Positions 51,426-61,936 are shown, numbered from the stretch's first letter. The stretch is DNA of 64,000 bases from an uncultured Victivallales bacterium (GCA_964635275.1 CAZWPN010000005.1:643-64642), one strand, 5' to 3'. Numbers and translations: made by a program. The notes: generated by a model from the sequence alone, not told the origin.

Positions 51426-54400
51426 CTAAAACGCGTACTTGATCTGAACGCCGCCGTTTTTTGTACGCCGCATCTGCTCGAACAACTGGATGTTCTTGCC
51501 CTGGATTTCCTGCTGGCCCTGGCGAAGGTTGTACTGGTAGTCCATCGACTGTTTTGGGAGTGGGGCCTGCTGCGGTTGCGGATCCGCTCGTTCCGCCGCC
51601 CCCAGCCAGTTGGCGCCGCGGTAGAAGGCGTACCGCGCCTCGCCGTCCCGTGCAATCACGGTCGCCTTTCCGCGCAGCCCGTCCGCCGCGAAGATCCCCC
51701 GCAGGTCCGTCTCGCCGCTCTTGAATTCGCGGTCGGCGCTGCCGATCGCCTTGACGTGTACCCCGGCCCGGTAGCCGCCCTTGGCGGCATCGAGCACGTT
51801 GGCGCGGACCTGCCCGCTCACCGCATCTTCCTGGACCTCCATCTTGAGCGGCGTCAACAGCACCAGGCCGCTCGAGAACAAATCGTCCCCGCGGCAGATC
51901 ACCAGGTACGCGCCGTCTTCCTTGAGGGCCAGTCGCGCCGTCTTCTCCTTCTCGACATAGTCCTTGCCGTCACCCAGCGGGACGATTACCTCGACCTCGG
52001 GCTTGATCCCCGCCAGACGCACACTGGTAATGTTGCTAAGGTTCTTCTCTCGCAAATAGAGTTTCATCAGGTCGACCCGGTAGACCTGCAGCGCCGCCTC
52101 GCGGATGTTCCTGTACTTGATCGTCACTTCCACCGGCGCTCCGGGCCGGAATACCGTGACTTCCTCCAAGGCCAGACGTTTCTCCTCGAAGTACGCAATA
52201 GCCTCTTTCGCGTCGCGGTACTTGTCCTGTACCTTCCGATACCATTCAATCGCATCGGGAGGCTTGCCTTCGGCGTGAAAGATCTGGCCCACAATATACC
52301 CGGCAAAGTCGTGGTCTGCGCTGTCGCCTTCGGCCACGGCCCGAGCCGCGTTCAACGCGCCTTGGTAGTCCTTCTGCCAGAAGAGGCCAAGGGCCGTCAT
52401 GTACTGGAAGCTGCTCAGCACCGGACTGTTGGTGTAGAGCGCCGTAAACCGCCGGCTCAAGTCCACCACCCGGCCGTAACCCTTGAGATCCAGCCATGTG
52501 TTGCACAGGCTGAACGCCGCGTCGTCCGCCAGCGGATCGTTCGGATAAAGCGCCAGGAACTGGTTCAATGTGGCCGCCGCGCGCCCGAGCATGGCGATCT
52601 TCTCCGGCACGCGCACGCCTTCCTTGGGCAGCTGGTGCGCATTCGGTGCCTTTTCCAGCAGCGTCTGGGCCAGCGCGAACCAGGAACTGACCACCTCTGC
52701 GGTGTCCGGATACTCGCGCCAGAGCCGTTCCTGGTAGTCAATGGCGCCCAGGAGGCGCCCCTGATCCTGGAGCGTCGCGCTCACGCCGGAGTCGTTGATG
52801 AAGCTGGCGGCGATGGTCGCCCGCGCAACAAGGCAGGCGCGCTCGAATTCGCCGATGTCCCGGTAGGCCCGCGCCACGATCAGGATCTTGTCGAACGGAA
52901 TCTCCAGTTCCGGATAGCGCTCGCGCAGGATCTCGAACATCTCGACGATCTTTCGGGCGTCATACCAGGCCTGCATCGTGTGAATCCACAGGAGCATACG
53001 GGCCGTGTCACGTTCGCTGTGGGCCCGGTTGCGCTTGAACAGTTCCGCCAGATTCTCCAGCGCCTTGTCGTAAACCCCATCCTCGAAATACAACCGGCCC
53101 AGCGCGAATAGCTCATCGTTGTTGATCTGGAATGGATCGGGCGACTTCTCACCCGGTGCCAGCACCTCGATCCGCATGGCCGGACCCACCTTCATGCGGG
53201 CTGGATTCACGGCATCGCGCATCGTCGTCGGCAGCGCCCGGTAAACGCCAGGCGCGTAAGCCACCAACTGGTAACTGAAGTCGCCGATATAGTTGCCGGC
53301 AAAGTACATGATGATCTTTCCCGGCGCCGTCTCGAAATGATTGAAGTTCCCCTGCAGCGATCCCTCTACCAGCGTGGTTCCAGCCGGCAGCGGCTCCTCA
53401 ACCACCATGTACCAATTCATTCCTGAATGGACCGTGCTTACCACCACGTCCATGCGCTGACCACTATCCAGCTTTTTCACGGGGGACGTGCTGTTGACGC
53501 CGATCGGACGGCCGCGGTATTCCAACGGCGCATGGCGATAGTTCCGCGAGGAAACAGACGGGTAGGTCCATGACCCGGGGTCCTTAAACTCCGGTGAGAA
53601 CCCGATCAGGCTCGCCGCGTACGCGTATTCACCGCGGCCCTCCATTTTGAAGTCCACCAGGTTCTTTCCGTCCTTGATGAGGGGTAGGGGAACAGCCACC
53701 GCGAGTGTGCTTGCACTGCCGCGCACGGTCAGGTTCGTGACCGTCTGTCCGTTCACCAGCACGCCGATCTGGTAGTCCGCGTCCGCCTCCTGCGCATGCC
53801 CGAACCATGCGGCCAGCGCCGCCACCACCGGTCCGCGTGCCTTGGCGGGGGCGATGCCGCCGCATCCCCGCGCGTTCAGCAGGTACTCCGCGGCGGCCCG
53901 GGCCACCGGCGACGCCGGCCGCCCACGCGCCAGCGCCATCAGCGTCAGGGCCGTGGTTTCGACGCGATCTTTCATCCATTCGTGGCGCGCCTTGGGATCC
54001 CATGAGAGCGTGCGTTTGGCCACATCTCTCCCCGCCTCCCCGCGCGCCTCCAGCAAGTCGAGCAGTTCTTTCGCGAAGTCGGGTCGGTCGAGGTTCAGGA
54101 ACGCCAGCGCCAGATAGGCCAGTGCTGCGTTCCCCATGCTCTGCCGTTCGCGATGCAACCGGTTGCAGTTCGCGAAATCGGCGGCCTTGTTCACCGACAG
54201 GGCATGCAGGACTACCGCCTTGGCATCGTTGTCGGTGGCCTCGAACGACTGCAGGTTGGCCATAAGGAATCCCTGCGCCCGCGCCACAGCATCGGTGTGA
54301 ATGGCAACGCCCAGATCCCGCGCCTGGATCAGCGCCCAGAAGGCACGGGCGCTGGCGGCCCAATCGGATCCACTGCTTTGCCCTTCCCAGGACCAGCCGC

Positions 54401-57400
54401 CGTCATTGCGCTGGGAGGCGACCAGCCCGCTGGCCAGGGCTCGGGAACCCTCCAGCAACTGAATAACATCCAGTTCGGGTGCCTTTCCGCGGCGCGCGTA
54501 GTCAAGCCCCGCCACCTTGGACAGCAACTCGCTGCCGTCCGTCCCGCCCCATTGGCAACCCCACGACGCCGGGACAGAGCACGCGAAGCCCCGCGCCCCC
54601 GGACGGTCCGACAACGCGAGGTCCAGCACGGTCCGGCTCAGCGTCGGGCCGACAGACATGAGCATCCACTTGCTGGAATACTTCTGACCGGCCGGCAGTT
54701 CCAACACCAGTCCCACATCGCCAGAGGCCGTTCCGCCTCCGTGCGCAGCGTACTCTAACCCGTACAACTGCACCGGCGTATCGAGCGTCAATGCGTCCGC
54801 CTGATCGCCCGCGCGAGCCCGCACGGTCCACGTCACGCCCGGTACGGCGGGGATTTCGACGGCATCGAATACCACCTCGACCCCGCTCCCGGCCTTGACC
54901 TCCACCGCCTTCTCCTGTTTCGCTGTTGTTGCGCCATCCTTGCCGGTGGCCGCCATCTCGAGTTCCAGCCGCACCGAACCCAGATCGTTGGACGTGAGAT
55001 TATGAACCCGGGCCAGTACCCGGATCGAGTCGCCTTCCTGAAGCGAACCCGGCGACTTGATCTCGATAAAGAAATCCTTGCGGGTCAGCGTCTTCGACCG
55101 CGCTTCGCCCACGAGCGTTTCGACCGAGCAGCCGCGTGCCGTGAGACGCCATTCCGTGGTCCTTTCGGGTAGCCGCACGGACACCACCGCTTTGCCGGCG
55201 GCATCGGTCACGATGTCAGGGAACCATCGGCCCTCCTGGGGAATCTCCCGGCGGACCTGCTCCTCACCGCCGCCCAGTCCCGCGCCCCCACCCGCTATCA
55301 TAAGATCGCTTCTTCGGCCACCCGGCGACCGGCTGGGGAAGGCACCTTGCATGACGACCGGGGCGTTCACCATTCCGGAAATGTCGGCCGGCTCGTTCAT
55401 CAGCCGCCCATCGCCGTCTGCGTTTTGTTCTTCCGTGCCGTTGGCCCACCCCACAGATTGTCCGGGTGGTCTGGAGACCTTGTCCTGCATGGATCGTGGT
55501 GCGTCCGCCAGTTGCGTGGCCTCAACCAGTCTGCGGGAATCCAGTTCTCGCCGTGCCCGATCCATCCGCTCACCCTCGGCCTGGATCGCCTTGACCACTG
55601 CGCGGGTGACGCCCGCATAACGGAATCCGCAGGTGGCGCCCGTCCGGAACTCGGCAAACCGGCGCGCATCGCGCTGGAAGAAGTCAAGGATGGCCGGCGT
55701 GCGGTCGGCCATGACGGCGAAAACGCCCTCATCCACCAGCGCCAGGCTCAACTCGGCCTTCACCGGCCGGCCCAGTTGATCTGTCACGGTGAGTTCGACC
55801 CTGCCATCCTCGCCGGGCAGGAAGGCGGCCTTGAGCGGCTTGACCGTCACCTTCAGTTCGCGTTCTACCGTTAAATCCTTCGCGGCAGCCCGAAGTTCCC
55901 GTCCGTCCATCAACGCCACGGAGACCCGGAAATTCGGGAAGTGTTCATGGCCCACTTCGAAACCGAGATCGTTGTATCCCTCGCGCACGGGAACGATGTG
56001 GTAGCGGAGGATCGTCTCCGCCTCGTGGGTCACCAGCGCCAAGGCATCCTTCAGCCGCGCGTGCAGGCGCAGCTCCGCCCGCCCGCCGACCCGCAACTGG
56101 GTGCTCTGTGTGAACAGGCGCAGCTTAACAGCATCGTCGCTGCCGGATACCTGCAAGGCGCCCTGGCCGGTGACCGTCTGGTCGAATTGATCCTGGCCGG
56201 TAACGCGGAGGACATACGGACCGCCCTTATCCAACGTAACATTCTGCGAGACGGCGCCGCTGAGCGGATCTGTCTTCAGCTTGAACTCCTGTACCTTCGC
56301 TTCGGCCTGGCCGCCGGCAATGCCTTCCGATGCCCAGGGCAGCATGCTGAGAATGACGTTCGGCGCGTCCTGTTCCAGGCGCAGGACCGTGAGCGTCACG
56401 TCGCGACCTGCCGGTTTGCCGTCCGCAGCGACGGCCTTCACGATAATATCCACGGATTCACCGGCCAGCACCGTTTCCTGACTGGGCTTCACCGAAAGAT
56501 CGAACCCGCGCATGGCCAGCATGGCCACGCTGGTGACCGAGACATTCTCGCCTTCGAGCGAGGCAAAGAATGGCAGCACCTGGCCCGGAATGCCGGGAGT
56601 TGTGTCGAACGTGAACCGGACCTTGCCCTTGTCGTCCGTTACCCCGCTCAACACCCGGCCGTCCGGCAGCGTGTAGCGGACAGGCTTCCCGGTAACCGGT
56701 TCGCCCCAGTAGTATTCCGCGCGCGCTTCCAGTTCCACGATTTCCCCCCGGAAATAGACGGTCCGGGGCATGTCCAGCGTCAGCCGGATCTTTTCCGGCG
56801 TGAAGATCTTGACGGCAAATGTTCCGCTGAAACTCAGCGGCTCCCGGTTCTTGCGTACCGCCCGTGCCATGATCGCATAGGTGCCCTCCGACGCCATGTC
56901 GGGGAGGCTGAACGCAGTGTGGAACGTGCCGAATTCGGACAGCTTGAGACTCTCCTCGCGCATGAGGCGTCCCTTGGAGTCCGTCACGGAAACCGTAAAC
57001 GTCTCGTTCTGCGGTACGATGTAGGAGCCCTCGCGCACATCGCGCAGGATGCCGCGGATGGCCACCTTGTCGCCAGGCTTGTAGACGGGCCGGTCGGTGT
57101 ACAGGTAGCCTTTCGGCACCAGGCTGGAACTGAGCCGGAGTCCGGAAAGATCCATGTTTTGAGCCGCCACGTGACCATCCTTGATCGCGAAAACGCGCAA
57201 GTCAGCTGGTGTTTTGAGTTCCTCGCCACTGTAGCGGTAGACGCCGTCCGCGCCGGTTGTGCCAGTCGCCACGATTGCCTTGCCGTCGCTCAGCAGTACC
57301 TTCACTCCGGGCGAGGGCTGTTTGGAGACCATGTTCTCCACGAACACCAGGGCTTCCCGGCGGCTGCTCTTTGTGATGAGTTCGATGTCTGACCGGATCG

Positions 57401-59453
57401 CCAGCGTGGTGGCCTCCCAATCGTCCTCGCTGACATTGACCACGCAAACGCCCGGTTTGCCTTCGGCCAAGGGAATTTCGATTTCCTGCTCGAAAGGCTT
57501 GTACTTGGCAAAGCCGTCGACCTTGAACTCCATGGTACGGTCCGGCTGGATGAGCGAAATGTCGAGGTCCTCGACGTTGCCGGTGCCGTGTGTCTTCCGG
57601 AAGAATGCTTCGAGGTCGAGGGTATAGTGCTTGACCGTCACCTTCGGGATGTTACGGGTGCGCAGGAGGACCTTGACCGGTTCGCCAGTGCGGCAGGTGC
57701 GGGGCGAGGATAGGGTCAGTTCCTTGCCGGTCATGGCCGCGACCCGGTTCCGGGCCATGCCGACGCAACTTCCCCATGCCACGCGGCGGTATTGGTCGAG
57801 CGCCTTTTCCAGGTCGCCGAGTTTCTCCTCGTAGATCTGTGCGGTCCGATGGAGCGCCTGAGACGATTCCTCGGTGTTCGGATACTTGCTGATGAGCGGC
57901 GCCCACTCCTCGATGGCAGCCTTGTACTCCGCCTCGATCTCGGGCCGCGCCGCCTTCTTTTCCTCCAAGTCATGCGCATGCGCGTAGCGGATCTGGCCGA
58001 AGATAAAGAGGATCTGGCGGGAACGCTGATCGAGGGGATGCGCGGCCAGAAAGGCCTCGAACAGGCGACGCGCCTCGGACTCCTTCTTATCCGCCAACGC
58101 CCGGATCCCCTTTTGGTACTCGGCGCCTATGATCCGGTTCTGGCACTCAGCCCACTTCGGGCCGTTGGGGAAACGCGTCACGTAGTTCTGCCACTCGATG
58201 ATCGCTTCGTCGTACTTCGCCTGGGCGTAGAGAATGGAGCCCACCTGGGCCAACGATTCCTTCTCCCAGCCGTCTTTCATTTCCGCGGGGGATTTGCCGG
58301 TTTCCGGATCGCGCTCGGTCGCCAAGGCGCCTTCGGGCAAGGCATAGCCCTTCCCGGCCGCGAAATCGCGATAGGCCTGCACGGCCTCTTCGCTTCGGCC
58401 TCTGGACTGGAACGCCTGGCCGATCTCGAAAGCTATGCGCACGGACCGGCGGTCCCGCGGAAAACGTTCCAGGAAGGCGCGCGCCGCTCGCATGGCCGGC
58501 TCGAGATCAGGGGAGCCACCTTGCGCAAGACTGTAGGTTCGGGTCAGGAGCCAGGCGATGTCTGCCCGGAAGTCCGGCGACACGGAGGCATCCTTGTCAA
58601 TCATGGAGGCCAGATCCTCCAGTTCGCGGCGGGCGTGCGCGGGATTCCCCGCTTTTCGGTAGGCATCGGCCAGCCCGTAGCGCGCTGCCCATCGTTGCTT
58701 GCCGGGCGGCGGCGGATTCTCCTGCCGCAACCGTGGTGCGACGCCCGCGCCGCCGACGCCCGACCAATCGGGGTCGAACTCCCGCAGGTAGTAGCTGAAG
58801 TCGTTGACGGACTGTACGACGTTGCCGGCCTTTTGGATCGCCATCGCCCGTTTGAACAGCACTTCCTCGCGCAACGCGCGGCCGATCTGCATCTCCATGA
58901 CCTTGCCGTACAGGGCGTACGCCTTGTTGTAGTCTGGCGGCGGGGCGTCGAGCGCGTTCGGCGGCGGGGTGGTGGCCAGCTCGTCGGCGAAGGCCACGAT
59001 CACGGATGCAATCTCTTGCTTCCTCGATTCCGAGAGCAGGCGGTTGGCCTCCTCGGAATAGATTGCTTCGGCCTCCTTAAACTTCCTGGCGTCGTACAGC
59101 GCGCGGGCCTTGAGGAAGCGGATTTTGCGGTACCAGGGCGAGCCGGTGTCATCCGCCAGCTCGTCTGTGGCAGCCACCGCGGCTGGCAGATTGCCCTTGT
59201 AGAATAGCGCCAGCGCCTTCAGGAAACCGGCCTCGCCGTTGGTTACGCTGTGCGCGGCCAGGACAGGCCCGATGGCCTTGAGAGCCCCGTCGAAATCCCG
59301 CATGCGCAGGCTTTCCCTCGCCGATTCCAGTGGGTTAGGGGCAGCGGTGGGCTTGTCCGACGGTGCGGCAAGCCCTGTGAGCAAGAGAGATGCGCAAACC
59401 GGCAAGGCCAGAAAGTCATGTCGAAACGAACGCAGTGTGAGGAACGATTTCAT
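51426..59453 (-). CDS. Giant (2675 aa) secreted alpha-2-macroglobulin-family protein flanked by N- and C-terminal TPR arrays
   Basis: Signal peptide, TPR repeats at both ends, and central MG (Ig-like) domains. An alpha/alpha-toroid TED-like region ('GLVASQRNDGGWSWEGQSSGSDWAASARAFWAL'). No CxEQ thioester motif was seen. Confidence 0.7.
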   Translation of the reverse strand: MKSFLTLRSFRHDFLALPVCASLLLTGLAAPSDKPTAAPNPLESARESLRMRDFDGALKAIGPVLAAHSVTNGEAGFLKALALFYKGNLPAAVAATDELADDTGSPWYRKIRFLKARALYDARKFKEAEAIYSEEANRLLSESRKQEIASVIVAFADELATTPPPNALDAPPPDYNKAYALYGKVMEMQIGRALREEVLFKRAMAIQKAGNVVQSVNDFSYYLREFDPDWSGVGGAGVAPRLRQENPPPPGKQRWAARYGLADAYRKAGNPAHARRELEDLASMIDKDASVSPDFRADIAWLLTRTYSLAQGGSPDLEPAMRAARAFLERFPRDRRSVRIAFEIGQAFQSRGRSEEAVQAYRDFAAGKGYALPEGALATERDPETGKSPAEMKDGWEKESLAQVGSILYAQAKYDEAIIEWQNYVTRFPNGPKWAECQNRIIGAEYQKGIRALADKKESEARRLFEAFLAAHPLDQRSRQILFIFGQIRYAHAHDLEEKKAARPEIEAEYKAAIEEWAPLISKYPNTEESSQALHRTAQIYEEKLGDLEKALDQYRRVAWGSCVGMARNRVAAMTGKELTLSSPRTCRTGEPVKVLLRTRNIPKVTVKHYTLDLEAFFRKTHGTGNVEDLDISLIQPDRTMEFKVDGFAKYKPFEQEIEIPLAEGKPGVCVVNVSEDDWEATTLAIRSDIELITKSSRREALVFVENMVSKQPSPGVKVLLSDGKAIVATGTTGADGVYRYSGEELKTPADLRVFAIKDGHVAAQNMDLSGLRLSSSLVPKGYLYTDRPVYKPGDKVAIRGILRDVREGSYIVPQNETFTVSVTDSKGRLMREESLKLSEFGTFHTAFSLPDMASEGTYAIMARAVRKNREPLSFSGTFAVKIFTPEKIRLTLDMPRTVYFRGEIVELEARAEYYWGEPVTGKPVRYTLPDGRVLSGVTDDKGKVRFTFDTTPGIPGQVLPFFASLEGENVSVTSVAMLAMRGFDLSVKPSQETVLAGESVDIIVKAVAADGKPAGRDVTLTVLRLEQDAPNVILSMLPWASEGIAGGQAEAKVQEFKLKTDPLSGAVSQNVTLDKGGPYVLRVTGQDQFDQTVTGQGALQVSGSDDAVKLRLFTQSTQLRVGGRAELRLHARLKDALALVTHEAETILRYHIVPVREGYNDLGFEVGHEHFPNFRVSVALMDGRELRAAAKDLTVERELKVTVKPLKAAFLPGEDGRVELTVTDQLGRPVKAELSLALVDEGVFAVMADRTPAILDFFQRDARRFAEFRTGATCGFRYAGVTRAVVKAIQAEGERMDRARRELDSRRLVEATQLADAPRSMQDKVSRPPGQSVGWANGTEEQNADGDGRLMNEPADISGMVNAPVVMQGAFPSRSPGGRRSDLMIAGGGAGLGGGEEQVRREIPQEGRWFPDIVTDAAGKAVVSVRLPERTTEWRLTARGCSVETLVGEARSKTLTRKDFFIEIKSPGSLQEGDSIRVLARVHNLTSNDLGSVRLELEMAATGKDGATTAKQEKAVEVKAGSGVEVVFDAVEIPAVPGVTWTVRARAGDQADALTLDTPVQLYGLEYAAHGGGTASGDVGLVLELPAGQKYSSKWMLMSVGPTLSRTVLDLALSDRPGARGFACSVPASWGCQWGGTDGSELLSKVAGLDYARRGKAPELDVIQLLEGSRALASGLVASQRNDGGWSWEGQSSGSDWAASARAFWALIQARDLGVAIHTDAVARAQGFLMANLQSFEATDNDAKAVVLHALSVNKAADFANCNRLHRERQSMGNAALAYLALAFLNLDRPDFAKELLDLLEARGEAGRDVAKRTLSWDPKARHEWMKDRVETTALTLMALARGRPASPVARAAAEYLLNARGCGGIAPAKARGPVVAALAAWFGHAQEADADYQIGVLVNGQTVTNLTVRGSASTLAVAVPLPLIKDGKNLVDFKMEGRGEYAYAASLIGFSPEFKDPGSWTYPSVSSRNYRHAPLEYRGRPIGVNSTSPVKKLDSGQRMDVVVSTVHSGMNWYMVVEEPLPAGTTLVEGSLQGNFNHFETAPGKIIMYFAGNYIGDFSYQLVAYAPGVYRALPTTMRDAVNPARMKVGPAMRIEVLAPGEKSPDPFQINNDELFALGRLYFEDGVYDKALENLAELFKRNRAHSERDTARMLLWIHTMQAWYDARKIVEMFEILRERYPELEIPFDKILIVARAYRDIGEFERACLVARATIAASFINDSGVSATLQDQGRLLGAIDYQERLWREYPDTAEVVSSWFALAQTLLEKAPNAHQLPKEGVRVPEKIAMLGRAAATLNQFLALYPNDPLADDAAFSLCNTWLDLKGYGRVVDLSRRFTALYTNSPVLSSFQYMTALGLFWQKDYQGALNAARAVAEGDSADHDFAGYIVGQIFHAEGKPPDAIEWYRKVQDKYRDAKEAIAYFEEKRLALEEVTVFRPGAPVEVTIKYRNIREAALQVYRVDLMKLYLREKNLSNITSVRLAGIKPEVEVIVPLGDGKDYVEKEKTARLALKEDGAYLVICRGDDLFSSGLVLLTPLKMEVQEDAVSGQVRANVLDAAKGGYRAGVHVKAIGSADREFKSGETDLRGIFAADGLRGKATVIARDGEARYAFYRGANWLGAAERADPQPQQAPLPKQSMDYQYNLRQGQQEIQGKNIQLFEQMRRTKNGGVQIKYAF

Positions 59454-59545
59454 GCGAACTCCTTTTCCGAATGCGGCAGAAAGGCGAAGTATCGCGCATC
59501 CTGCCTTGTTCTTCCACTTCCACTTCTACTTTCTTTCCTGTAGGA

Positions 59546-59594
59546 CCGCACGGTGTGCGGTCGGATCTCGCGCCACACCGTGGCGCCCTACAGA
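59546..59594. repeat. Two adjacent hairpins: GACCGCAC-GGT-GTGCGGTC and REP-like copy 2 (CGCGCCACACCGTGGCGCCCTA)
   Basis: Perfect inverted repeats read directly from the sequence. The second is identical to 49371-49392. A CT-rich 'cttccacttccacttc' tract lies upstream. Confidence 0.6.
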
Positions 59595-59661
59595 GCCGGA
59601 ACGGCGGCTACACCCTCCATTTATGCGCTTCCATGTTCTCCGGGGAATATTGTGCCCCTCC

Positions 59662-60792
59662 CTATTTCCGGATGCCGCAGACAATCTTAATCTCATCGTC
59701 TGACAGGACGCGGTTGTAGATGCGGATGTCGTCCAGTCTGCCGTTGAAGTAGTTGTTACTGCCGGGGTCGAAGTCCGCGTCCTTGCGCTTGCCGATCCGC
59801 AGCGGTTCGGTGGTGGGCTGTGAAAGAATGTGCCCGGTCTGGGTTTGTTCGGTGTAGATCAGGTCCCCGGTCTTCTGGCCGTCGAGATACACGCGCACGC
59901 GATTGTCTTCCCGGGAGATCGTGACTGCCAGATGGTGCCACTGGCTGCTTTTCAGAGACTTCAGAGGGAAGGTGTGTCCTTCGGAGCACATGTAGGGGGC
60001 CACCTGACTGCAGACATACACATGCCACAACCCTTCGTTGACATGGAAATTCAGGTCAAATTGGCCGCCATGATTGGACGAGGTGGGACTGTGATCCTGC
60101 GTCAGACTCCCGGACGGTTGTTTCGTGATAAAGAAGTGTGAACTGCGCCCGTGGCGCTGGTCATCCACCGGACAGACCCAGGCGGCAATGGTGATCTCCG
60201 TGAGCGCGTCGTAGACGCCGCTGGAGGGAACTTCGATCCACGCGCTCTTGCCGTCGAACGACATGGCACAGTCGGGGCGGTTACTGCGATCTGGCGCAGG
60301 TTTGGCGCCGCGCAGGATGCCGTTGCACTTGTTCTCGCTGGCGTCGTTGGCTGTGCCATCATTGAAGTTGTACCAGGCTATCAATCCATCCTTGGTTCCC
60401 GCGCCATCCAGGCCGCCGGGCAGAAGCCGAAGTTTGCGGATATGTTCGATGCGCACCGTGACCTTGCCGAACGCCGTTTCGAGCGGGATGGGGCCGAGAT
60501 TGATCACGCCTTTGATCGTGTCGCCGTTCAGCAGGTCGAAGGACACGGTTTCATGATCCTCACCTATCTTCATGCCCACGATCTGACTGAACGGCAGTTT
60601 CATTTTGGCATAGGGTGTCTCCACAGGCACGGAGTCTACGTTTGGGGTGCCGATGATGTGCGAGCCGTCCACGAGATCCAGTTTGAGACGGAGCTGTTGC
60701 GGTGCTTCTTTCGTATTGTCCGGTCCACCCCAAGCGCTTCCGCCTAGCGCCAATGCCAGCAGGGCCACCATCCTGATTGCAGCGATCTTCAT
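59662..60792 (-). CDS. Secreted LamG-like (Laminin_G_3/concanavalin A-like) domain protein, paralog 1 of a tandem array
   Basis: Signal peptide and a conserved N-module 'LRLKLDLVDGSHIIGTP...GEDHETVSFDLLNGDTIKGVINL'. The LamG_3 C-terminus has 'LIAWYNFNDG' ... 'GRLDDIRIYNRVLSDDEI'. Confidence 0.7.
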   Translation of the reverse strand: MKIAAIRMVALLALALGGSAWGGPDNTKEAPQQLRLKLDLVDGSHIIGTPNVDSVPVETPYAKMKLPFSQIVGMKIGEDHETVSFDLLNGDTIKGVINLGPIPLETAFGKVTVRIEHIRKLRLLPGGLDGAGTKDGLIAWYNFNDGTANDASENKCNGILRGAKPAPDRSNRPDCAMSFDGKSAWIEVPSSGVYDALTEITIAAWVCPVDDQRHGRSSHFFITKQPSGSLTQDHSPTSSNHGGQFDLNFHVNEGLWHVYVCSQVAPYMCSEGHTFPLKSLKSSQWHHLAVTISREDNRVRVYLDGQKTGDLIYTEQTQTGHILSQPTTEPLRIGKRKDADFDPGSNNYFNGRLDDIRIYNRVLSDDEIKIVCGIRK

Positions 60793-60877
60793 TGCGCTCG
60801 TCTCCTTTAAAATCCAAACGTTGCCGTTGAGGGCTTCGTCCCGTCGCCGGCGGCTTCAACTTCCTCTGCTGTCTCCG

Positions 60878-61915
60878 TCACTTCCCGGCGTCGTAGAGCA
60901 GCTTCACTTCGATGTCTGTTAGGGCGCGGTCAAAGATCATGACTTCATCGATCAGCCCCTCGAATCCGTAGTCCGCAACTGATGTTCCTCCAATCTCCAG
61001 GGGAGCGCTCACAGTCTTGTCCACGTTGTGGGGAACGCCCATGCTTCGGGCGATCGGACGCTCCTCAGCGTTATGAAAGATGCGCCATGTGCCGGCTTTG
61101 CACACCAGGGTAACGAGGCTCCATTCCTCTCTGGAAAACGACGCTGAATACTGCGCCCAATGGTCCGTCTGGAATGTCGTGTAGTAGGCACCTTCAGAAG
61201 GGAGGGTGAGCAGATTCATGCCCAACCCATTCCGGGCCAGGTCCCATTTTGTTATCAGGCATTTGTGCTGGAAGTCGCCTTCTGGTTTCCACCACAGGGC
61301 GTAGGTCTTGTCCTCCGTGAGTTTAAGGCTGAAATCCTTGCTGTCCGCCACTTCAATACGTTCCCGCCTGCCGCTAAAACGGAATGCCCCGCCCGCCTTG
61401 CCTTTCGACGTCCATTTTGCGCCATGCACGTCGCCCTGGTTGTTCTTTCCGCTCGCATCCGCTACTTTCCCGCCCTCGTCCCGGTCGAACGCATAGTACA
61501 GGACCAGTCCTTTTCGTAGAGCCTCCGGCAATGCGCCGCCCGTCCGCACGATCGTGAACTGCCGGATGTGTTCGACTCCGATGGAGACCGGGCCGAAGAC
61601 AGTGGTCAGCTTGATCGGCGCCAGAGTGATGACGCCTTTCAGCTTGTCGCCGTTCTGTAAATCGAAGTCTACTGTTTCGTGATCTTCCCCAATCCTCATG
61701 GTCCGGATTTGTCTGAGCTGCACATTCATCTTGGCGTAAGACGTCTCCACAGGTACCGTCTCGATGCCGGGGGTTCCGATGATACGTGAGCCGTCAACCA
61801 GATCCAGTTCAAGGCGCAGGGGCAGTTCCTTCGGAACGTTGTTTTCGCCGGCCGCCGTGATCAGAACCGTTACCGCGAGAATCAGAACACAAAGCGTGAA
61901 TCGGTGCATGTCCAT
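60878..61915 (-). CDS. Secreted LamG-like domain protein, paralog 2
   Basis: Same N-module ('LRLELDLVDGSRIIGTP...GEDHETVDFDLQNGDKLKGVITL') plus a LamG_3 C-terminus ('GLIDEVMIFDRALTDIEV'). Confidence 0.7.
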   Translation of the reverse strand: MDMHRFTLCVLILAVTVLITAAGENNVPKELPLRLELDLVDGSRIIGTPGIETVPVETSYAKMNVQLRQIRTMRIGEDHETVDFDLQNGDKLKGVITLAPIKLTTVFGPVSIGVEHIRQFTIVRTGGALPEALRKGLVLYYAFDRDEGGKVADASGKNNQGDVHGAKWTSKGKAGGAFRFSGRRERIEVADSKDFSLKLTEDKTYALWWKPEGDFQHKCLITKWDLARNGLGMNLLTLPSEGAYYTTFQTDHWAQYSASFSREEWSLVTLVCKAGTWRIFHNAEERPIARSMGVPHNVDKTVSAPLEIGGTSVADYGFEGLIDEVMIFDRALTDIEVKLLYDAGK

Positions 61916-61936
61916 CTCCTTTTCTCGTGCCGTTGC

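Noticed and set aside
50247-53111. A 954-aa plus-strand ORF spanning two minus-strand genes and their intergenic gap
   Set aside because: It is antisense to the DUF1559-tail gene and to the A2M giant. The composition is Arg/Gly-rich with no motifs, and it crosses a gene boundary, so it is a GC-rich shadow ORF.
55941-59207. Long plus-strand ORFs (483 aa, 471 aa) inside the A2M-TPR gene
   Set aside because: They are antisense to the giant minus-strand gene, which has coherent domain content. There is no independent support.
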